From IMG/VR virus record IMGVR_UViG_2693429582_000026: 15,498 nucleotides of DNA. The stretch is one strand, 5' to 3'. Source of the DNA: a virus (taxonomy: Duplodnaviria; Heunggongvirae; Uroviricota; Caudoviricetes). The notes under the pieces are model-generated. The model made no database searches. It worked only from the letters and a program-made list of their open reading frames with translations, and had not been told where the DNA came from. Of this stretch, positions 14,160-15,498 are shown one piece after another (positions within the stretch are counted from its first letter, which is position 1; every line of letters begins with the position of its first letter). The position numbers and the translations under genes were made by a program.

Positions 14160-14495
14160 ATGGATTTGAATAAATTCGATGAGCCATTCAGCCCTGAAGA
14201 TATCGAATGGCGAATACAGCAAAGCGGTAAAACACGCGATGGCAAAGTGTGGGCTATGGTGCTGGCTTATGTCACGAACAGGGCAATCATGAAACGCCTG
14301 GACGATGTTTGTGGCAAAGCAGGATGGCGTAATGAATACCGCGATATTCCCAACAACGGCGGCGTTGAATGCGGCATATCAATAAAAATTGATTCCGAAT
14401 GGGTAACCAAATGGGATGCTGCTGAAAACACGCAAGTAGAAGCAGTCAAAGGTGGTCGTTCCGGTGCAATGAAGCGCGCTGCCGTTCAGGCATAA
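14160..14495 (+). CDS. Rad52/Sak-like single-strand annealing protein, N-terminal 111 aa; probably a truncated or decayed gene
   Basis: ATG 14160 with GAGGTG RBS. FSPEDIEWRIQQSGKTRDGKVWAMVLAYVTNRAIMKRLDDVCGKAGWRNEY fits the Rad52-family pattern (DIEWR...A..LAY...R.VM.RLD.V.G...W). The ORF is about half the usual length and is followed by ORF-like sequence in another frame (14497..14739) with one internal TGA. Confidence 0.5.
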   Translation: MDLNKFDEPFSPEDIEWRIQQSGKTRDGKVWAMVLAYVTNRAIMKRLDDVCGKAGWRNEYRDIPNNGGVECGISIKIDSEWVTKWDAAENTQVEAVKGGRSGAMKRAAVQA

Positions 14496-14759
14496 CATCG
14501 CCGAGAAATCGAAAGAAAAACAGAACAAGGTAAACGTTGATCTTGCAGCATCAGGCATGGAGTACAGAGAGCGCCTTAACATACCTGTTATCACTGAGCA
14601 GGTATCATGAGAGCAACCTGAGCACTCACGCGAGTATTTCATGGAGCGCATCAGATACTATCGCGAGCAGTCGTTAAACATGCCCAAGGGAAGCAACCCA
14701 TGGTATATCGATATGGATGAACAGAACGCCAAGAAGTAAACGCAATTTGAACGAATGCG

Positions 14760-14815
14760 AACCCGCCGAGTGCGGGTTTTCTTTTATCTGAACTCGCTAC
14801 GGCGAGTTTTGTTTT
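14760..14815 (+). terminator. Tandem rho-independent terminators
   Basis: AACCCGC-CGAGT-GCGGGTT followed by TTTTCTTTT (14760-14785), then AACTCGC-TACG-GCGAGTT followed by TTTTGTTTT (14791-14815). Confidence 0.65.
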
Positions 14816-14828
14816 ATGGAGACAAGAA

Positions 14829-15173
14829 ATGTCAGATTTGGCTATGAAGGTTTTGAAATGGCAATCGACTGGCGATGTTGGCATCAGTAGCGCAACTCTT
14901 GCCTCAATCGCATGTGGACTGAAAAAGAATATCTATGGTCATCACTTCGGCGCTCCACATGATGCAGCCGATTTCCGACGATGCGTTGCGCTTGTCGAGC
15001 AGATTCCAGAAATCAGGGATTCATTCGACAAGGTTGCAAAGCGCGTTCCGGCATTCAAAGGCATCCTCAACGAATGGGATTCTCTCGTTGCTCTGTTGAA
15101 GTCTGAAATGAAGATACACGGAAACAAAGCACCAGAGACTTACAGAAGAATCAGCGAGCTACGCAAGGACTAA
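14829..15173 (+). CDS. Hypothetical protein (114 aa)
   Basis: Track ORF, ATG 14829 with GGAGA RBS, directly after the tandem terminators. No family recognised. Confidence 0.5.
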   Translation: MSDLAMKVLKWQSTGDVGISSATLASIACGLKKNIYGHHFGAPHDAADFRRCVALVEQIPEIRDSFDKVAKRVPAFKGILNEWDSLVALLKSEMKIHGNKAPETYRRISELRKD

Positions 15174-15297
15174 CCACAGTCTCACACTCGATGAGGCCTG
15201 TTCATTTCTAAAGATATCCAGACCTACCATTGCTGCATCAATGAGGTTTTTTATTGCCTGATTTGCAGGTTCGATTCCCTATTCGGAGATAGCACTC

Positions 15298-15498
15298 ATG
15301 CAACACGAACTACAACCTGATTCACTGGTTGATTTGAAATTCATCATGGCCGATACTGGCTTCGGTAAAACCTTCATCTATGACCGGATTAAGTCCGGAG
15401 ACCTGCCTAAAGCCAAAGTTATCCACGGACGAGCAAGATGGTTATATCGTGACCATTGTGAATTCAAAAATAAGCTCTTAAGCCGCGCCAATGGGTAA
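15298..15498 (+). CDS. AlpA/Xis-like small DNA-binding protein (candidate excisionase or regulator), 66 aa
   Basis: Track ORF ending at the window edge with TAA. ...TGFGKTFIYDRIKSGDLPKAKVIHGRARWLYRDHCEF... resembles the AlpA-family helix-turn-helix (STIYRxIKxGxFPxPxKLG.R...W). Position toward the int end of the left arm is consistent. Confidence 0.55.
   Translation: MQHELQPDSLVDLKFIMADTGFGKTFIYDRIKSGDLPKAKVIHGRARWLYRDHCEFKNKLLSRANG

Overview
This window reads as a roughly 15.5 kb slice of a lambdoid prophage (enterobacterial, E. coli-like), in reverse orientation to the conventional lambda map. The + strand carries the leftward (PL-side) genes and the - strand the rightward (PR-side) genes. 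All calls are from reading the sequence and the ORF track against remembered phage proteins; no database search or folding program was run, and hand-derived coordinates of small sites may be off by a base or two.

Minus strand, high to low coordinate: cro (9403..9203), a cII-like gene, O (split into two frames across the ori iterons), P, ren, a four-ORF insert of small proteins, ninB, ninE, an ORF6N-domain gene and a Rha/Ant antirepressor-like gene, ninG, ninH, a phage-82/DLP12-type Q antiterminator, three tRNA genes (Ile-CAU, Arg, Arg), a TerB-like cargo gene with a coupled small membrane ORF where Stx phages carry stxAB, and the 5' part of a NanS-p-like esterase gene running off the left edge.

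Plus strand: OR/PRM, a lambda-type cI, one 332-aa single-pass membrane protein in the rexA/rexB position, a terminator, OL/PL, a P22-type nutL boxB and P22-like N, three AT-rich accessory ORFs, cIII-like and kil-like small genes, a Rad52-like annealing-protein gene that looks decayed, a 114-aa ORF and an AlpA/Xis-like gene.

The element is strongly mosaic (lambda-type immunity and O/P, P22-type N/nut, 82-type Q, Stx-phage-like Q-tRNA-cargo-esterase layout) and may be replication-defective. The best candidates for an undescribed system are the rex-slot gene (10288..11286), the ren-ninB insert (5756..6793), the two-gene module after N (12189..13103) and the TerB-like cargo pair (708..1303).
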